This document shows, one piece after another, positions 30,672 through 42,034 of a stretch of DNA of 64,000 bases. This DNA comes from Leptolyngbyaceae cyanobacterium (GTDB lineage Bacteria > Cyanobacteriota > Cyanobacteriia > Phormidesmidales > Phormidesmidaceae), in assembly GCA_050331235.1 (NCBI GenBank), contig JBHJHA010000005.1, positions 1-64,000 on the forward strand. The letters are read 5' to 3'. Made by a program: the position numbers and the translations under genes. Each line of letters begins with the position of its first letter. Within the stretch, counting starts at the first letter, position 1. The notes beneath the pieces are model-generated. The model saw nothing but the letters and a program-made list of their open reading frames with translations, was not told the DNA's origin and did no database searches.

Positions 30672-33620
30672 TCAATCACGATAGGCATCCATGGGCAAGC
30701 AGGCACACATCAGGTTGCGATCACCATAGGCCTGATCAATGCGGTTGACCGCTGGCCAAAACTTATGGGCCTGGGTGGCCGGCGTGGGAAAAATCGCTTG
30801 GCGACGGTCATACGGGCGTTGCCAGTCTGCCACCAGGTCCTCAGCGGTATGGGGGGCCCGCTTCAAAGGATTGTTGTCCGCATCCATGGTGCCCGTCGCG
30901 ATCGCCTCGATCTCAGCTCGAATGGCAATCATTGCGTCACAAAAGCGGTCAAGTTCTGCCTTGGCTTCGCTTTCAGTCGGCTCGATCATCAGCGTGCCGG
31001 CGACCGGCCAAGACATCGTCGGAGGATGAAAACCGTAGTCAATTAGCCGCTTAGCAACATCCTCGACGGTGACGCCCGCTGATTTGCGAAAAGGGCGTAA
31101 ATCGATAATGCACTCGTGGGCAATCAACCCGTGCTTACCCGTATACAGAATGTCATAATGGCCAGCTAAACGCTGTGCTATGTAATTAGCGTTGAGAATT
31201 GCGATCTCAGTGGCATACTTCAAACCCGCAGCCCCCATCATGGCAATGTACATCCAAGAGATGGGCAAGATACTGGCGCTGCCCCAAGGAGCTGACGTCA
31301 CCGCCCCGATCGCCTGCTGTCCTCCCACCGTTGCTACCAGGTGATGTCCGGGTAAGAAGGGGGTCAAGTGAGTTTGAACACCAATGGTGCCAACCCCAGG
31401 TCCACCACCGCCGTGGGGAATACAAAAAGTCTTGTGCAGATTAAGGTGACAAACATCGGCCCCAAAATCCGCGGGACGACAGAGGCCGACCTGGGCATTC
31501 ATGTTGGCTCCATCCATATACACCTGACCGCCGTGGCTGTGGACGATCTCGCAAATGTCGCGAATGCCTTCCTCAAAGACACCGTGGGTTGAGGGATAGG
31601 TCACCATCAGAGCGGACAGCTGCGCCGCGTGTTGGTCAGCTTTGGTCCGCAGGTCGTCAATATCGACATTCCCTGACTCATCACATTTGACCCCCACCAC
31701 TTTCTTGCCGGCCATGACGGCACTGGCCGGATTGGTGCCGTGAGCTGACTCAGGAATGAGACAAACTGTGCGATCGCCTTCGCCTCGCTGCCGGTGATAC
31801 TCACGAATTACCAGTAAACCAGTGTATTCCCCCTGGGCACCGGCATTTGGCTGTAACGAAACGCCGGCAAAGCCAGTAATTTCGCACAGCCACTGCTCTA
31901 GGTCATGAAATAGTTGCTGGTAGCCTTGGGTCTGCTCCAGCGGTGCAAAGGGATGGATTTGCCCAAACTCCGGCCAGGTAATCGGCAACATCTCCGCTGT
32001 TGCGTTCAGCTTCATCGTGCATGACCCCAGCGGGATCATCGCTGTCGTCAAAGATAGATCGCGGGATTGCAGCCGATGAAGATAGCGCAGCATCTCCGTT
32101 TCGGAATGGTAAAGATTAAAGACAGGATGCGTCAGAAACTCGGAGTTTCGGCGCAGTGGATGGTTTTGTAACGGTACAGCGGGCTCCGGCGAGAGGGCTG
32201 ACTGAGCGCCAAAAACTTCGATCAAATCTTGCACGTCTGCTGCGGTAGTGGTTTCGTCTAAAGTCACTACCAGCGTTTCTTCATTCAGCGATCGCAGATT
32301 AATCTGTTTTTGCGCTGCTCGGGTCAGGATGTCTGCCCGGCGCTCACCGACCCTCACCCGCAACGTATCGAAGTAAGGCGCAGCGCCCAGCGAAAAACCG
32401 GCCTGCTCTAAGGCTGTAGCTAAGGTTGCGGTGTGCTGGTGGATGCGCATGGCGATCGCCCGTAGCCCTGTTGGGCCGTGATACACCGCATACATGCCAG
32501 CAATGATGGCCAACAGCACCTGCGCGGTACAAATATTGCTCGTGGCGGCATCTCGCCGAATATGCTGCTCACGGGTTTGTAGGGCTAGCCGTAGCGCCGG
32601 CTTATCATATTGGTCCTTAGATACGCCTACTAGTCGCCCAGGTAGCTTGCGGGCATATTGATTCAGCGTGGCTAGATACGCCGCATGGGGACCGCCATAG
32701 CCGAGAGGGACACCAAAGCGTTGGGTATTCCCCACCGCAATATCCGCTTGCATTTCCCCTGGCGGCTTAAGCAACACCAGACTCATCAGATCAGCTGCGA
32801 CAATGGCCAACGCCTTTTGTTCATGCACCCGTTGGATAAAGTCGCTGTAGTCATATATGCCGCCGTCGGTGGCCGGATATTGCAGCAAGGCTCCAAAAAT
32901 CGGCGTCGAAAAGTCAAACTCGCGATGGTCAGCCACCAGCACCTCGACATTCAAGGGCGCGGCTCGGGTTTTCACCACTTCAATCGTTTGCGGATGACAG
33001 TCTGCAGCTACCCAAAACGTTTTCACCTGCTTGTGCTTGCGGACATTGAAGCTCAAGGTCATTGCTTCCGCCGCTGCTGTTCCTTCATCCAATAGGGAAG
33101 CGTTGGCAATTTCTAGACCGGTGAGATCGGCCACCATCGTTTGAAAATTGAGCAGTGCTTCCAAACGACCCTGGGCAATTTCCGGCTGATAGGGGGTGTA
33201 TTGGGTATACCAGCCAGGATTTTCTAGCACATTGCGCTGAATTACCGCTGGCGTCACCGTATTGGCGTAGCCTAAGCCTAGATACGATCGCCAAACTTGA
33301 TTTTGCTCAGCGATCGCTCGGAGCTGCTCAAGTGCGGTTTGTTCGCTCAAGCCAGCGGCCAATTCCAATCCCGTTGCCAAGCGAATGCCCGCCGGTACTG
33401 TTGCCGCCATGAGGGCTTCTAGGGAGTCATAGCCCAGAGCGGCCAACATGGCCTTCGCGTCCGTTGGGCGGGGGCCCACATGGCGCGCCACAAATTCACT
33501 CATCGGCAACGGCGGGGTGTTCAGGGCAGTTGCCCGCGACCGGGAAGACGTGGCGATCGATGATGGGCTAGCATCTTGGGACAAGGTACTCGGGGTTTGA
33601 CTCGGCAACAACTCAGACAA
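30672..33620 (-). CDS. gcvP: Glycine dehydrogenase (glycine cleavage system P protein)
   Basis: [51 protein letters not shown]. Confidence 0.97.
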   Translation of the reverse strand: MSELLPSQTPSTLSQDASPSSIATSSRSRATALNTPPLPMSEFVARHVGPRPTDAKAMLAALGYDSLEALMAATVPAGIRLATGLELAAGLSEQTALEQLRAIAEQNQVWRSYLGLGYANTVTPAVIQRNVLENPGWYTQYTPYQPEIAQGRLEALLNFQTMVADLTGLEIANASLLDEGTAAAEAMTLSFNVRKHKQVKTFWVAADCHPQTIEVVKTRAAPLNVEVLVADHREFDFSTPIFGALLQYPATDGGIYDYSDFIQRVHEQKALAIVAADLMSLVLLKPPGEMQADIAVGNTQRFGVPLGYGGPHAAYLATLNQYARKLPGRLVGVSKDQYDKPALRLALQTREQHIRRDAATSNICTAQVLLAIIAGMYAVYHGPTGLRAIAMRIHQHTATLATALEQAGFSLGAAPYFDTLRVRVGERRADILTRAAQKQINLRSLNEETLVVTLDETTTAADVQDLIEVFGAQSALSPEPAVPLQNHPLRRNSEFLTHPVFNLYHSETEMLRYLHRLQSRDLSLTTAMIPLGSCTMKLNATAEMLPITWPEFGQIHPFAPLEQTQGYQQLFHDLEQWLCEITGFAGVSLQPNAGAQGEYTGLLVIREYHRQRGEGDRTVCLIPESAHGTNPASAVMAGKKVVGVKCDESGNVDIDDLRTKADQHAAQLSALMVTYPSTHGVFEEGIRDICEIVHSHGGQVYMDGANMNAQVGLCRPADFGADVCHLNLHKTFCIPHGGGGPGVGTIGVQTHLTPFLPGHHLVATVGGQQAIGAVTSAPWGSASILPISWMYIAMMGAAGLKYATEIAILNANYIAQRLAGHYDILYTGKHGLIAHECIIDLRPFRKSAGVTVEDVAKRLIDYGFHPPTMSWPVAGTLMIEPTESEAKAELDRFCDAMIAIRAEIEAIATGTMDADNNPLKRAPHTAEDLVADWQRPYDRRQAIFPTPATQAHKFWPAVNRIDQAYGDRNLMCACLPMDAYRD

Positions 33621-33851
33621 TCTCCTCAGCTCGGTTACACAACGGCAGCGGGGCTAAACTTGATGCCACAGCACCACACTTAAGCAAAACCGCAATTTCA
33701 TTGTGTAACAAAGGCTAACAACTTGTCAGAGAAACATCTGTCATAGACGAGCATCTCCGTCTCGGGCTGATCTTTACACTCGAGGGCGGTCATCATGTGG
33801 GCGATCGCCCGCAGTTTGGTAGCGATAACCATCGCCAATTAAGACCCTTGG

Positions 33852-34706
33852 TCATGAGGACAAAAATCGAAACAGTGCAGTACCCTCGGCGTTTTTAAGC
33901 ACTAGCTGATCAAAGAAAATGCTGTAGCTATCCACTTCCGCCAATAACGCCAAAAAGGTCGATTCTTGCTCCATGACGCCCTCGGCCTGTCCGCACAATC
34001 GACGAGTACTGGCAGCAGCACCGATAGATAACGTTGCCTCAGTCTGCTCAAAATTAGCGTGGTAGTTATTGCAGCCGGCTGAGCCAGATACTCGACCAGT
34101 CTCGTCAAACACAGCGGTAATGGTCGTTTGTGGCAAAGTCGTTACCATCCCTCCCTGGCCATTGTTATAGCTCGTCAGGGTCCACACGGTCTCTGTCAGG
34201 GTCGCCTGGGGCAAAGGAGACAACACAAACAGCGGGCGACCGTCAGCATCCACCAAGCTTACGCCGCTTGCCGATGGCTCATAACCTACAACATTGGAAA
34301 ACTGGCTGAAAATGGTCGACTCCTGTTGACTTAAAGACTCTGGAAAACAAGCCATCAAGGTGCTGCCTCCAGGGGCAATTTCGAGCTGTTTATCCGTTAG
34401 GGTGTAGGCACTAAAAAACCGATTGCAGCCGGTGGTTCCCGATAGCCTACCAGCCTGAAATTCAAAAATAGCGGGAGACTCAGTGACCGCAGCAATTAAC
34501 TCACCTGAGGCGTCGCGATAGCTTGTGAGCTGCCATGGCGTCTCTTCTAATAAGTTGGCCATGGTTGGCAGTGCCTCCGCTTTAGGATTTGGGGAAGTCG
34601 TCATCAAGCCAGCCTTCGGGGTGGCCGCGATCGCACTGGTGCTGACACCGATTAAAACGACAAAACTCAAAGACCGACTGGCCCACTTGTACAAAACGTT
34701 CTTCAA
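33852..34706 (-). CDS. Secreted protein with two META (HslJ-like) domains
   Basis: Signal peptide; GTTGCNRF...STLMAC and GSAGCNNY...STRRLC; AGGAGG RBS. Confidence 0.88.
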   Translation of the reverse strand: MKNVLYKWASRSLSFVVLIGVSTSAIAATPKAGLMTTSPNPKAEALPTMANLLEETPWQLTSYRDASGELIAAVTESPAIFEFQAGRLSGTTGCNRFFSAYTLTDKQLEIAPGGSTLMACFPESLSQQESTIFSQFSNVVGYEPSASGVSLVDADGRPLFVLSPLPQATLTETVWTLTSYNNGQGGMVTTLPQTTITAVFDETGRVSGSAGCNNYHANFEQTEATLSIGAAASTRRLCGQAEGVMEQESTFLALLAEVDSYSIFFDQLVLKNAEGTALFRFLSS

Positions 34707-35135
34707 GAATGGAACCTCCTATTCAATCATTTAGGTTGCTGAGCAAAAGAGAGGAAACAGCAATTGTGGCAACTGTTCCTCCCAATTTTTGATATTAGGA
34801 GCTCGCTCACTTCAACGGTATTTGGTTACAGAATTCGATACCGGATTGGTGGACACAACGATGCCAGACGCGTGGCAGTCGCCCTTGGCAGGATGACAAG
34901 CTGGACTCTCCAACATTATTTGGAGGGAAGTTTCGTGCGGTGAACCATGGCCTGCGCCAATCCGGATGTATTTCGGGGCGATCGCTAACGCCGCCTGCCC
35001 TTCGGATCCATGCCTGTGAGCTAGCAACTGCTGGCGCATAGAGGCAGTGACTAGGCCAGTCTGCTAAAGGAGCTGGGCTTTACCCGTGGGGAGTTCATCT
35101 TCTATGCTCACAGCTATATCTTTCAATTGAGTCAT

Positions 35136-35600
35136 ATGGCGCGGCAACCACGGTCTTTCTTCCGCAAGATCACTTACAACTTGCAAGACGATGTCTTTCT
35201 GAGACGGCTCAGTCAAATCGAAGGTATCGTTTCCAAAGTCTTGTCCATCGCGATGATTATCGTGATTTTGGTCACTGTGATTGACCTGGGCATCGTGCTT
35301 TATCGCTCTTTGTTCATTTCTGACAGCATTGGTTTCTTTAAAACTACCCTGACAGATATATTTGGCCTTTTCTTGAGCGTTCTGATTGCCCTGGAAATTT
35401 TAGAAAATATTACCGCCTATATTCGACGACACGTGGTGCAGGTGGAGCTAGTGATCGCCACGGCCTTAACGGCTGTCGGGCGGAAGCTGATCATCCTTGA
35501 TTTAGAAAAAGTATCTGGGATCAGCCTGATTGGCTTAGGCTTTGCCCTCTTTGCCCTGGCCATCAGCTATTTCATTGTTCGTACCGTTCATCGCTCTTAG
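35136..35600 (+). CDS. Phosphate-starvation-inducible PsiE-family membrane protein
   Basis: FGLFLSVLIALEILENITAY, VIATALTAVGRKLIILD. Confidence 0.85.
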   Translation: MARQPRSFFRKITYNLQDDVFLRRLSQIEGIVSKVLSIAMIIVILVTVIDLGIVLYRSLFISDSIGFFKTTLTDIFGLFLSVLIALEILENITAYIRRHVVQVELVIATALTAVGRKLIILDLEKVSGISLIGLGFALFALAISYFIVRTVHRS

Positions 35601-35713
35601 CACTCAGGGCCATGCACCGCGCCGCCATGAAATCTATGGGCAAACAGGTTAACGTATCTGAGAACGCTGATTAACGTCAGGTAAAGTCCGCTTAAATCAA
35701 TGTGAGGAAGTCT

Positions 35714-36400
35714 ATGCATATTCGTACTTTGGCCACAACCGCCACCTTTGCTACACTTTTTGGCCTGGGTGTGACGCTGCCAGCGATGGCCGATGGTCAT
35801 CATACAGCCGTGGAGATGGAAACTGAAGAGGTCAACTCGCAGCAAGAGGAATAAGTATCCCAAGCTACCAATGCAGAGCTCGTGAGTGGCGTCGAGGAAT
35901 TTAGCACCCTCGAAGCGGCCCTGACCGCAGCAGAACTGGTTGAGCCCCTCATGGGAGAGGGCCCCTTTACTGTGATCGCTCCTAGTGATGATGCATTTGC
36001 TGCACTCCCCGATGGCGTATTGGACGCCTTGCTGCTGCCTGAAAATGCAGACTTGCTCACGGATATACTGACCTATCACGTGATTCCTGGGGCAGTCATG
36101 TCCGATGATCTCGAAACTGGCACCGTCGAAACATTGGGCGGTGAAGAACTCCCCGTCCTTGTCGCTGATGATGCGGCTTTTGTCGATGGTATCTCCATTG
36201 TCGCCTTCGACATTCCGGCGACCAATGGGTTGATCCATGTCTTGCAGGATGGGGTCTTAGTGCCTGATGATGTGGCTGCGGCATTGGAAACGCGTCTTGC
36301 TGAGGCAGAGGAGCCGATGGAGGAGGAAGAGGCGATGGTCGAAGAGACCATGCCCATGCCCGAGACAACTCCTGCAGAACCTGTCCGGGGTCTTTGGTAA
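35714..36400 (+). pseudogene. Fasciclin (FAS1) domain protein interrupted by an in-frame TAA at 35852-35854 (nonsense mutation or sequencing error)
   Basis: GAGGAAG RBS and ATG at 35714 give a signal peptide (..TLPAMA/D) in the same frame as the FAS1 motifs FTVIAPSDDAF, ILTYHV and ATNGLIHV. Confidence 0.8.
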
Positions 36401-36472
36401 GATAGCTGTAAATCTTTTTTAAGAAGGTTTACAGTCGCGGGCTGATTTCAGCGGACTAAGGAGTGAACAGCT

Positions 36473-37069
36473 GTGAATATCGGGTGTCGTCACTGGATGA
36501 CCTTGACAGTTTTGCTGGCGAGTAGCCTAGTTGTCCCTACTGCTCAGGCAGAGACGATCGCTGCTCTGCCTGCTCCGGTCCGCGTGGATCTCGATTTTCT
36601 ACCTAACCGCACCCCGGCTGCGGATGCCAATATCTATGCGATCGGTCGCCGGGAGGAGCATTTGCCTCAAGTGACTCCCCGGGCTGATCGCATTGTTCTG
36701 CGCCTTGGAGAACGTCGGGTTTATGTCTACGACGGTGATCAGATTCTAGAAAGCTTTCCAGTCGCTATTGGTGCCCCCGATACCCCGACTCCGACCGGCC
36801 AATTCGAAGTCTTTCAGCTTATCGAAGATCCAGTCTGGCAGAGTCCGTGGACTGGAGAGGTCTTTGCCCCGGGAGCGAATAGCGCCCTCGGACTCCGTTG
36901 GATTGGCTTTGCCGAGTTATCAAACGGCATTATTGGCTTCCATGGCACACCGACCGTCTCCTCGATTGGTTACGCTGCTTCTAATGGCTGCGTGCGGCTG
37001 CGCAATGAAGATGTTTTGGCGTTGTATAGCCACGTTCGCATGGGTATGACTGTCAGCGTTGAGCCATAG
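36473..37069 (+). CDS. L,D-transpeptidase (YkuD family)
   Basis: FPVAIG..TPTG, IGFHGT...SNGCVRL; signal peptide; AAGGAG RBS. Confidence 0.9.
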   Translation: MNIGCRHWMTLTVLLASSLVVPTAQAETIAALPAPVRVDLDFLPNRTPAADANIYAIGRREEHLPQVTPRADRIVLRLGERRVYVYDGDQILESFPVAIGAPDTPTPTGQFEVFQLIEDPVWQSPWTGEVFAPGANSALGLRWIGFAELSNGIIGFHGTPTVSSIGYAASNGCVRLRNEDVLALYSHVRMGMTVSVEP

Positions 37070-37683
37070 TGATGACTAAGGGGCGATCGCTGATTTTTGA
37101 CAGGTTTGAATTTGGTCGACTCAGCCATCAGGGAAGTCGATTAGGGCTTTTATTCATTGCGGGCTGGTGTCTACGTAGTGCTCCGGCGATAGCGATCGCC
37201 CAGCCGCTCAATCTGCCCCAACCGCAGGCTCTAGTCTCTACTGCGCCCCAGGTGATTGAGGACCCAACATTATTTTTGCCGGTCCCGAGTGAGCGCATTT
37301 CCCGGCTGGTGCTGAAACTCTCGGAGCGACGGTTATATGCTTACAGCGGCGAGCAAGTTGTCGCTAGTTATCCTGTTGCGATCGGTCGCGAGGGCTGGCA
37401 AACGCCAACTGGCGAATTCGCTATTTTTCAACAAGTGCAAAACCCCGCGTGGGAACATCCGCTCACCGGCGAAGTGGTGCCTCCAGGTCCCGAAAATCCT
37501 TTGGGGGTTCGCTGGATTGGCTTTTGGAGTGATGGGGTTAATGCCATTGGCTTTCACGGTACGCCTGACGAGCACTTGATTGGACAAGCTGTCTCCCATG
37601 GCTGCGTCCGCATGAGAAATGCCGATGTGATTGAGCTGTATGACCGCGTTCAGCTTGGCACCCAAGTCCTTGTCCAGCCTTGA
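37069..37683 (+). CDS. L,D-transpeptidase (YkuD family), second paralogue
   Basis: YPVAIG..TPTG, NPLGVRWIGF, IGFHGT...SHGCVRM; exact start uncertain. Confidence 0.9.
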   Translation: MMTKGRSLIFDRFEFGRLSHQGSRLGLLFIAGWCLRSAPAIAIAQPLNLPQPQALVSTAPQVIEDPTLFLPVPSERISRLVLKLSERRLYAYSGEQVVASYPVAIGREGWQTPTGEFAIFQQVQNPAWEHPLTGEVVPPGPENPLGVRWIGFWSDGVNAIGFHGTPDEHLIGQAVSHGCVRMRNADVIELYDRVQLGTQVLVQP

Positions 37684-37858
37684 TTAGCCCCAAGTGAAAA
37701 ATCTTGGCGCTTTCGTTGTGAGATGACGAGATCGACGTGTCAGAAAAGTTGAACGCATGTATCATGCCTGTTGCAGGGCAGACTCTTTTGCGAGTTCTTT
37801 CACCTAGCGCATCAACTTCGTGTCCAGGCGATCGCCGACGTCGTCTCCCTTCAGCAGC

Positions 37859-38962
37859 ATGGTTTTAGAACTGCTTACTCGTATCCTGGTATACGCAGCC
37901 ATGGGGCTGTTCATCTGGTATGTGCTGCTCAAATTCATTCCCCGGAGCTTTCTTACCTGGTTTGGGGGGGCCATCATTCTCACTCTGATCGTGCTGTCCT
38001 TCATCGATCCCAACGATGAAACGATCGGCTCGATCTGGAAAATTATTTCTTTGCCCCTGACCCCGCTAGGGGCGACGGTAGGGCTGCTGATTTTGGCGTT
38101 AGCCGAGAAAAAAATCAAAGGGCGATATGTGGGGGTGGCCCTAGCCATCTTGCTGGTTTGCAGCGTGCCGCTGTTTGCGCGATTGATTGTCAACCAAGCC
38201 GAAAGCGCCGTTGATCGCGCCTATGAAGCTCAGCTAGAGGTCTGTGGCGATGTGTGTCCGGCGGGGGTGCCGCCCTCCATTCCCCTCAGTCAAGTATCGG
38301 CAATGGTGGTCATCGGGGAAAATATGGATGTGATCACCCCCATCGAAGACTTTCCGAGTCAGGTTGATCGGGGGGTCGAGCTTGACCCCGTGCTGATTTC
38401 GCGGCTCAACAGTGCCGGCGATTTTTATCAACGGTTGCGTGCCCAAGGCAGCAATCCTTTTGTAATTGTGACCGCCGGTCCCCTCTACGGTAGTGCGGAG
38501 GAGCAGGCAAACGAAACAGAACAGCTCCGGCAGCTGCTCATGAGCCGTGGCGTCCCAGGCGAGATTGTCTTTATCGAAGACGCTGGCATGGATATCCACA
38601 AAGCCATGCGACAAACCACTGCCTTTTTAGAAGAACGAGGCATTCGAGGCGACCCCGATGCTCCCCAACGAGAATCCCAACGGATTGCCCTCGTTGCTCC
38701 GGCGCTATCAATGCGACGAGCGGCGCTCACTTTTGAGAATAATGATTTGGAGGTGGTGGCTTGGCCGACGAATCTATATGGTACTCGGGAGGCTACCGGC
38801 GATACGCTGGCCAAGCTGTCTGATTTATTCCCTAGCGTGGAGGCGCTGCGGATCACGACCCGCTACTGGAACGAGCTATTGACATCTTTTTATTATTTCC
38901 TGCGGGGCTGGCTACCGAGCTTCACCGTCCGCTGGGATGATGTCGTAGAAATCGTGCCATAG
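37859..38962 (+). CDS. YdcF/ElyC (DUF218) family membrane protein
   Basis: N-terminal transmembrane helices; RLNSA, GVPGEIVFIE, LVAPALSMRRAALTF, VVAWPT. Confidence 0.75.
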   Translation: MVLELLTRILVYAAMGLFIWYVLLKFIPRSFLTWFGGAIILTLIVLSFIDPNDETIGSIWKIISLPLTPLGATVGLLILALAEKKIKGRYVGVALAILLVCSVPLFARLIVNQAESAVDRAYEAQLEVCGDVCPAGVPPSIPLSQVSAMVVIGENMDVITPIEDFPSQVDRGVELDPVLISRLNSAGDFYQRLRAQGSNPFVIVTAGPLYGSAEEQANETEQLRQLLMSRGVPGEIVFIEDAGMDIHKAMRQTTAFLEERGIRGDPDAPQRESQRIALVAPALSMRRAALTFENNDLEVVAWPTNLYGTREATGDTLAKLSDLFPSVEALRITTRYWNELLTSFYYFLRGWLPSFTVRWDDVVEIVP

Positions 38963-39059
38963 ACTCACCGATGAATTTCCGAGAATGAGTGGCCAATCCA
39001 ATTCATATCTGCCTGTCTAAATCTAGATAGGAGATCAGATTGCTGATTCGACTGAATGA

Positions 39060-40400
39060 TTACTGGGGCGATCGCCCTAGCTGAGTCGGGCTAGGGGTTG
39101 GAGCGGCCCAATAGCTGTCGATAGTGGGTTCGAGAGCGGAGACAGCCCGTAAAAATTGGATGTCTTGGTTTGATGCCAAACGAGATGGATCGCTAAAGAG
39201 CGCGCTTTCTTCCCCATTACTCAAATCAACTGCGATGTCTGGCGTAATGCCCCTTTGGCTAATATCAGTGCCATTGGGGGTGTAGTAATGGGCGATCGTG
39301 ACAGCCAGACCTGATCCATCCGACAACCCGTACAGTGACTGTACCAGCGCCTTGCCATAAGTCGTTGTTCCAACAACGGTAGCGCGCTGGTTATCCTGCA
39401 GCGCCCCGGTCAAAATCTCGCTAGAGCTGGCAGAGCGACCATTGACCAAAACTGCCATGGGCAAGTCTGTCAGGGCCGAGCGGTTGGCGCTGATTTCAGC
39501 CGGATCCCCGTTACGATCAAGGGTCCGAACGATGGGTCCCCGCTGTAGCCACAGGCGGCTGATTTCAATGCTGGCCGACAATAACCCTCCAGGATTGCCT
39601 CGTAAATCCAGCACAAAGGCTTCCACGTCTTGATTAGTCAGTGACTCGATCGCCGCCGCCATCTGCTCTGTGGCATGACCGTTGAACTCTCCCAGGCGGA
39701 TGTAACCAATCCGGTAGCCATTGACTTCTTTCAGCTCGTGGGCCACAGTGGGAATCTCGAGGCGAGCCCGCGTCAAAATCACTGAGCGCGGGGCACCGCT
39801 ATTGCGGGAAAAGGTCAAGGTGACTTGGGACCCTTCTTCGCCCCGGAGTAGATTAGCTACCCCGGTAACACTCAGGCGCTCCACCGACTGACCATCAACG
39901 AGCATGATGCGATCGCCCACCTGCAAGCCGGTTTGAGCCGCTGGCGAATCAGCCAGCACATTGGACACAAAGATCGAGCGCGTCTGACCATCACGCTGCA
40001 GTTGCAGGCCAATCCCCGAAACTTCGCCAGCGGTTTGGTCAGAGATTTCTGAATACTCCCGGGGATTCAAAAAGCGAGTGTACGGATCATTCAGCCGACC
40101 AAGCTCCTCTCTCAAGGCCGAATAGGCGGCCTCTGCGGAGACATACTCCTGGCCGAGCAGCCGCTGCCGGACCGCCAACCAATCCGTTTGGTTAAAGGTG
40201 GAATCTACATACTCTTGATTGACAAGCTGCCACGCTTCATCCAGTACTGCCTTCGGGTTATCCTCAGTCAGCTCCGCCGCTTCAGCGGTGGAATTAACCG
40301 CCGGTGCAATGGTCGTAAAAGCGGTGAGTAGAGAGGTCGCGATCGCTCTTGGAATAAAGTCTGTCGGCGAAAGGAACCGTCGATTGGCAGCACGGGTCAT
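39060..40400 (-). CDS. C-terminal processing peptidase (S41A; CtpA/CtpB family) with PDZ domain
   Basis: DPYTRFL, GIGL, LDLRGNPGG, SASSSEI, TYGKALVQ, YYTPNG. Confidence 0.93.
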   Translation of the reverse strand: MTRAANRRFLSPTDFIPRAIATSLLTAFTTIAPAVNSTAEAAELTEDNPKAVLDEAWQLVNQEYVDSTFNQTDWLAVRQRLLGQEYVSAEAAYSALREELGRLNDPYTRFLNPREYSEISDQTAGEVSGIGLQLQRDGQTRSIFVSNVLADSPAAQTGLQVGDRIMLVDGQSVERLSVTGVANLLRGEEGSQVTLTFSRNSGAPRSVILTRARLEIPTVAHELKEVNGYRIGYIRLGEFNGHATEQMAAAIESLTNQDVEAFVLDLRGNPGGLLSASIEISRLWLQRGPIVRTLDRNGDPAEISANRSALTDLPMAVLVNGRSASSSEILTGALQDNQRATVVGTTTYGKALVQSLYGLSDGSGLAVTIAHYYTPNGTDISQRGITPDIAVDLSNGEESALFSDPSRLASNQDIQFLRAVSALEPTIDSYWAAPTPSPTQLGRSPQ

Positions 40401-40797
40401 AAATAGGTTGTAGTGAGAGTAAAGAAAAGGGTCACACAGGCGAAGCCATGGTGATACTTGACAACCCTCACGCCGCTTAAATCAAGGCTGACTGGGGCTG
40501 CCAGACTGAATAACTATTGCCAAATAGTCTAGCCAAAAAGTTTCGCTCCTGGGGGGGCTGTGTTCCAATTCTTAGACTGTATTAATCTTCGTCAGTGGGG
40601 GCCTCGTTGACCCATGCTCAGCTTTGCTCGAACTGTTGCGTGAGGTCCATTGATGCCCAACTTGCCAGAGTGCCGCACCGGCTTGGTAACGCACACCTCA
40701 ATCCCAACGCCTGATTGGGCTCCCATGCCCGGATAATCGGTGCCGAAGCAACCTAAGTACTGCCACAGTACAGCTACGATCGCCGTGCAAATTTGCT

Positions 40798-41814
40798 CTA
40801 GCTGTTGGGTTTGACCGAGGGCTTCGTTGCAGATTCTAGTTTGTTGGCTAGAAACCGCATGATGACATCGCGCTGATTAATGAGATAAATGCTGACAATT
40901 GTGAGCGCAACGCCCCCTGTCTGGATGGGACTTAAGACCTCCCCAAGAAACAAATTGCCGAACAGCAAGGCAAATACAGGGGTCAGAAAAGTCAACGCAC
41001 TCAGACTCGTTAGGTTGCCCTTGGAGGCCAACCAGAAGAATATGCCATAGGCCAGCGCACTCCCCAAAACGGTCGAATAGGCGATCGCGCCCCACCCGCC
41101 AAGACTCACCATTGACCAGGGCTCGGCCTCTAGCCCTGCCGACAGAGCCGCTAGGGGCACCCCTCCCAACACCATATGCCAACCGGTCGCCACGACCGGG
41201 TCGGCATGCGCCGACACGTAGCGAATCAAGATCGTGCCGACGGCCATCGATAATGCCGCCATCAGCATTAGCCATTCCCCTTGATTAAAGAGCAACTGCA
41301 CTAACAGAAGGCCATCCTCAGGCAGCTCACTCAAGGCAAAATGCCCGTGAAAGATTTCCACAATCCAGGCGTCCGGCAGCCCTAGCAAACTGATCCCCAG
41401 TAAACCGACTCCGAGCCCTAGCCAGCCTAGCCAACCTACCTGCTCATCAAACAACCAGCGGGCCATCAGCGCCACAGCCAAAGGTTGGGAGTCAATCATG
41501 ACTGATCCCAAACCAGCCCCCGTCCGAACGAGCCCCTGCGCTAAAAAGCCTTGAAATAAGGTGCCATCCACAAGCGCAAACAGGCTAATCCACAACCACC
41601 CGCGCACACTTATTTGAAAGCTACGCTGCATTAGCAAAGCCGCTAACAGCACCAACAGGCCCGCTGGCAGTAGCCGCATGGTGGCGAGGAAAAACGGCTG
41701 GGTATGAGGAATGACGCCTTTCATCGCCACCATGGCAGTGCCCCAAAGAAAAAAGGGAGCAATCATCAACGGGAGCTTTTTAGAAGAGTTTGGAGCGGCG
41801 AGGTTAGAGTCCAT
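40798..41814 (-). CDS. DMT/EamA family transporter
   Basis: APFFLWGTAMV, many transmembrane helices, LTFLTPVFALLFG. Confidence 0.9.
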   Translation of the reverse strand: MDSNLAAPNSSKKLPLMIAPFFLWGTAMVAMKGVIPHTQPFFLATMRLLPAGLLVLLAALLMQRSFQISVRGWLWISLFALVDGTLFQGFLAQGLVRTGAGLGSVMIDSQPLAVALMARWLFDEQVGWLGWLGLGVGLLGISLLGLPDAWIVEIFHGHFALSELPEDGLLLVQLLFNQGEWLMLMAALSMAVGTILIRYVSAHADPVVATGWHMVLGGVPLAALSAGLEAEPWSMVSLGGWGAIAYSTVLGSALAYGIFFWLASKGNLTSLSALTFLTPVFALLFGNLFLGEVLSPIQTGGVALTIVSIYLINQRDVIMRFLANKLESATKPSVKPNS

Positions 41815-42034
41815 TACAGGCAGGCAGCGATCGCGCAGTTTTAAAGGATGAGTAACTTCAATATAAAGAAGCTTTAAGCTGCTAGCCAAGTCGGCCAGGG
41901 TGATTAAGCTGATTTCCCCTTCATCAGGGAGAGTACAATGGAGTTCACGCTTTGATATGGATGGTTCATGCTGTAGCCAACCACAGCGTTGAACGATATC
42001 CCAAACCTTTATTTTTTCGTTAGTACGCTCGTCT

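Noticed and set aside
33621..33850. Glycine riboswitch upstream of gcvP
   Set aside because: I could not identify the aptamer's conserved elements.
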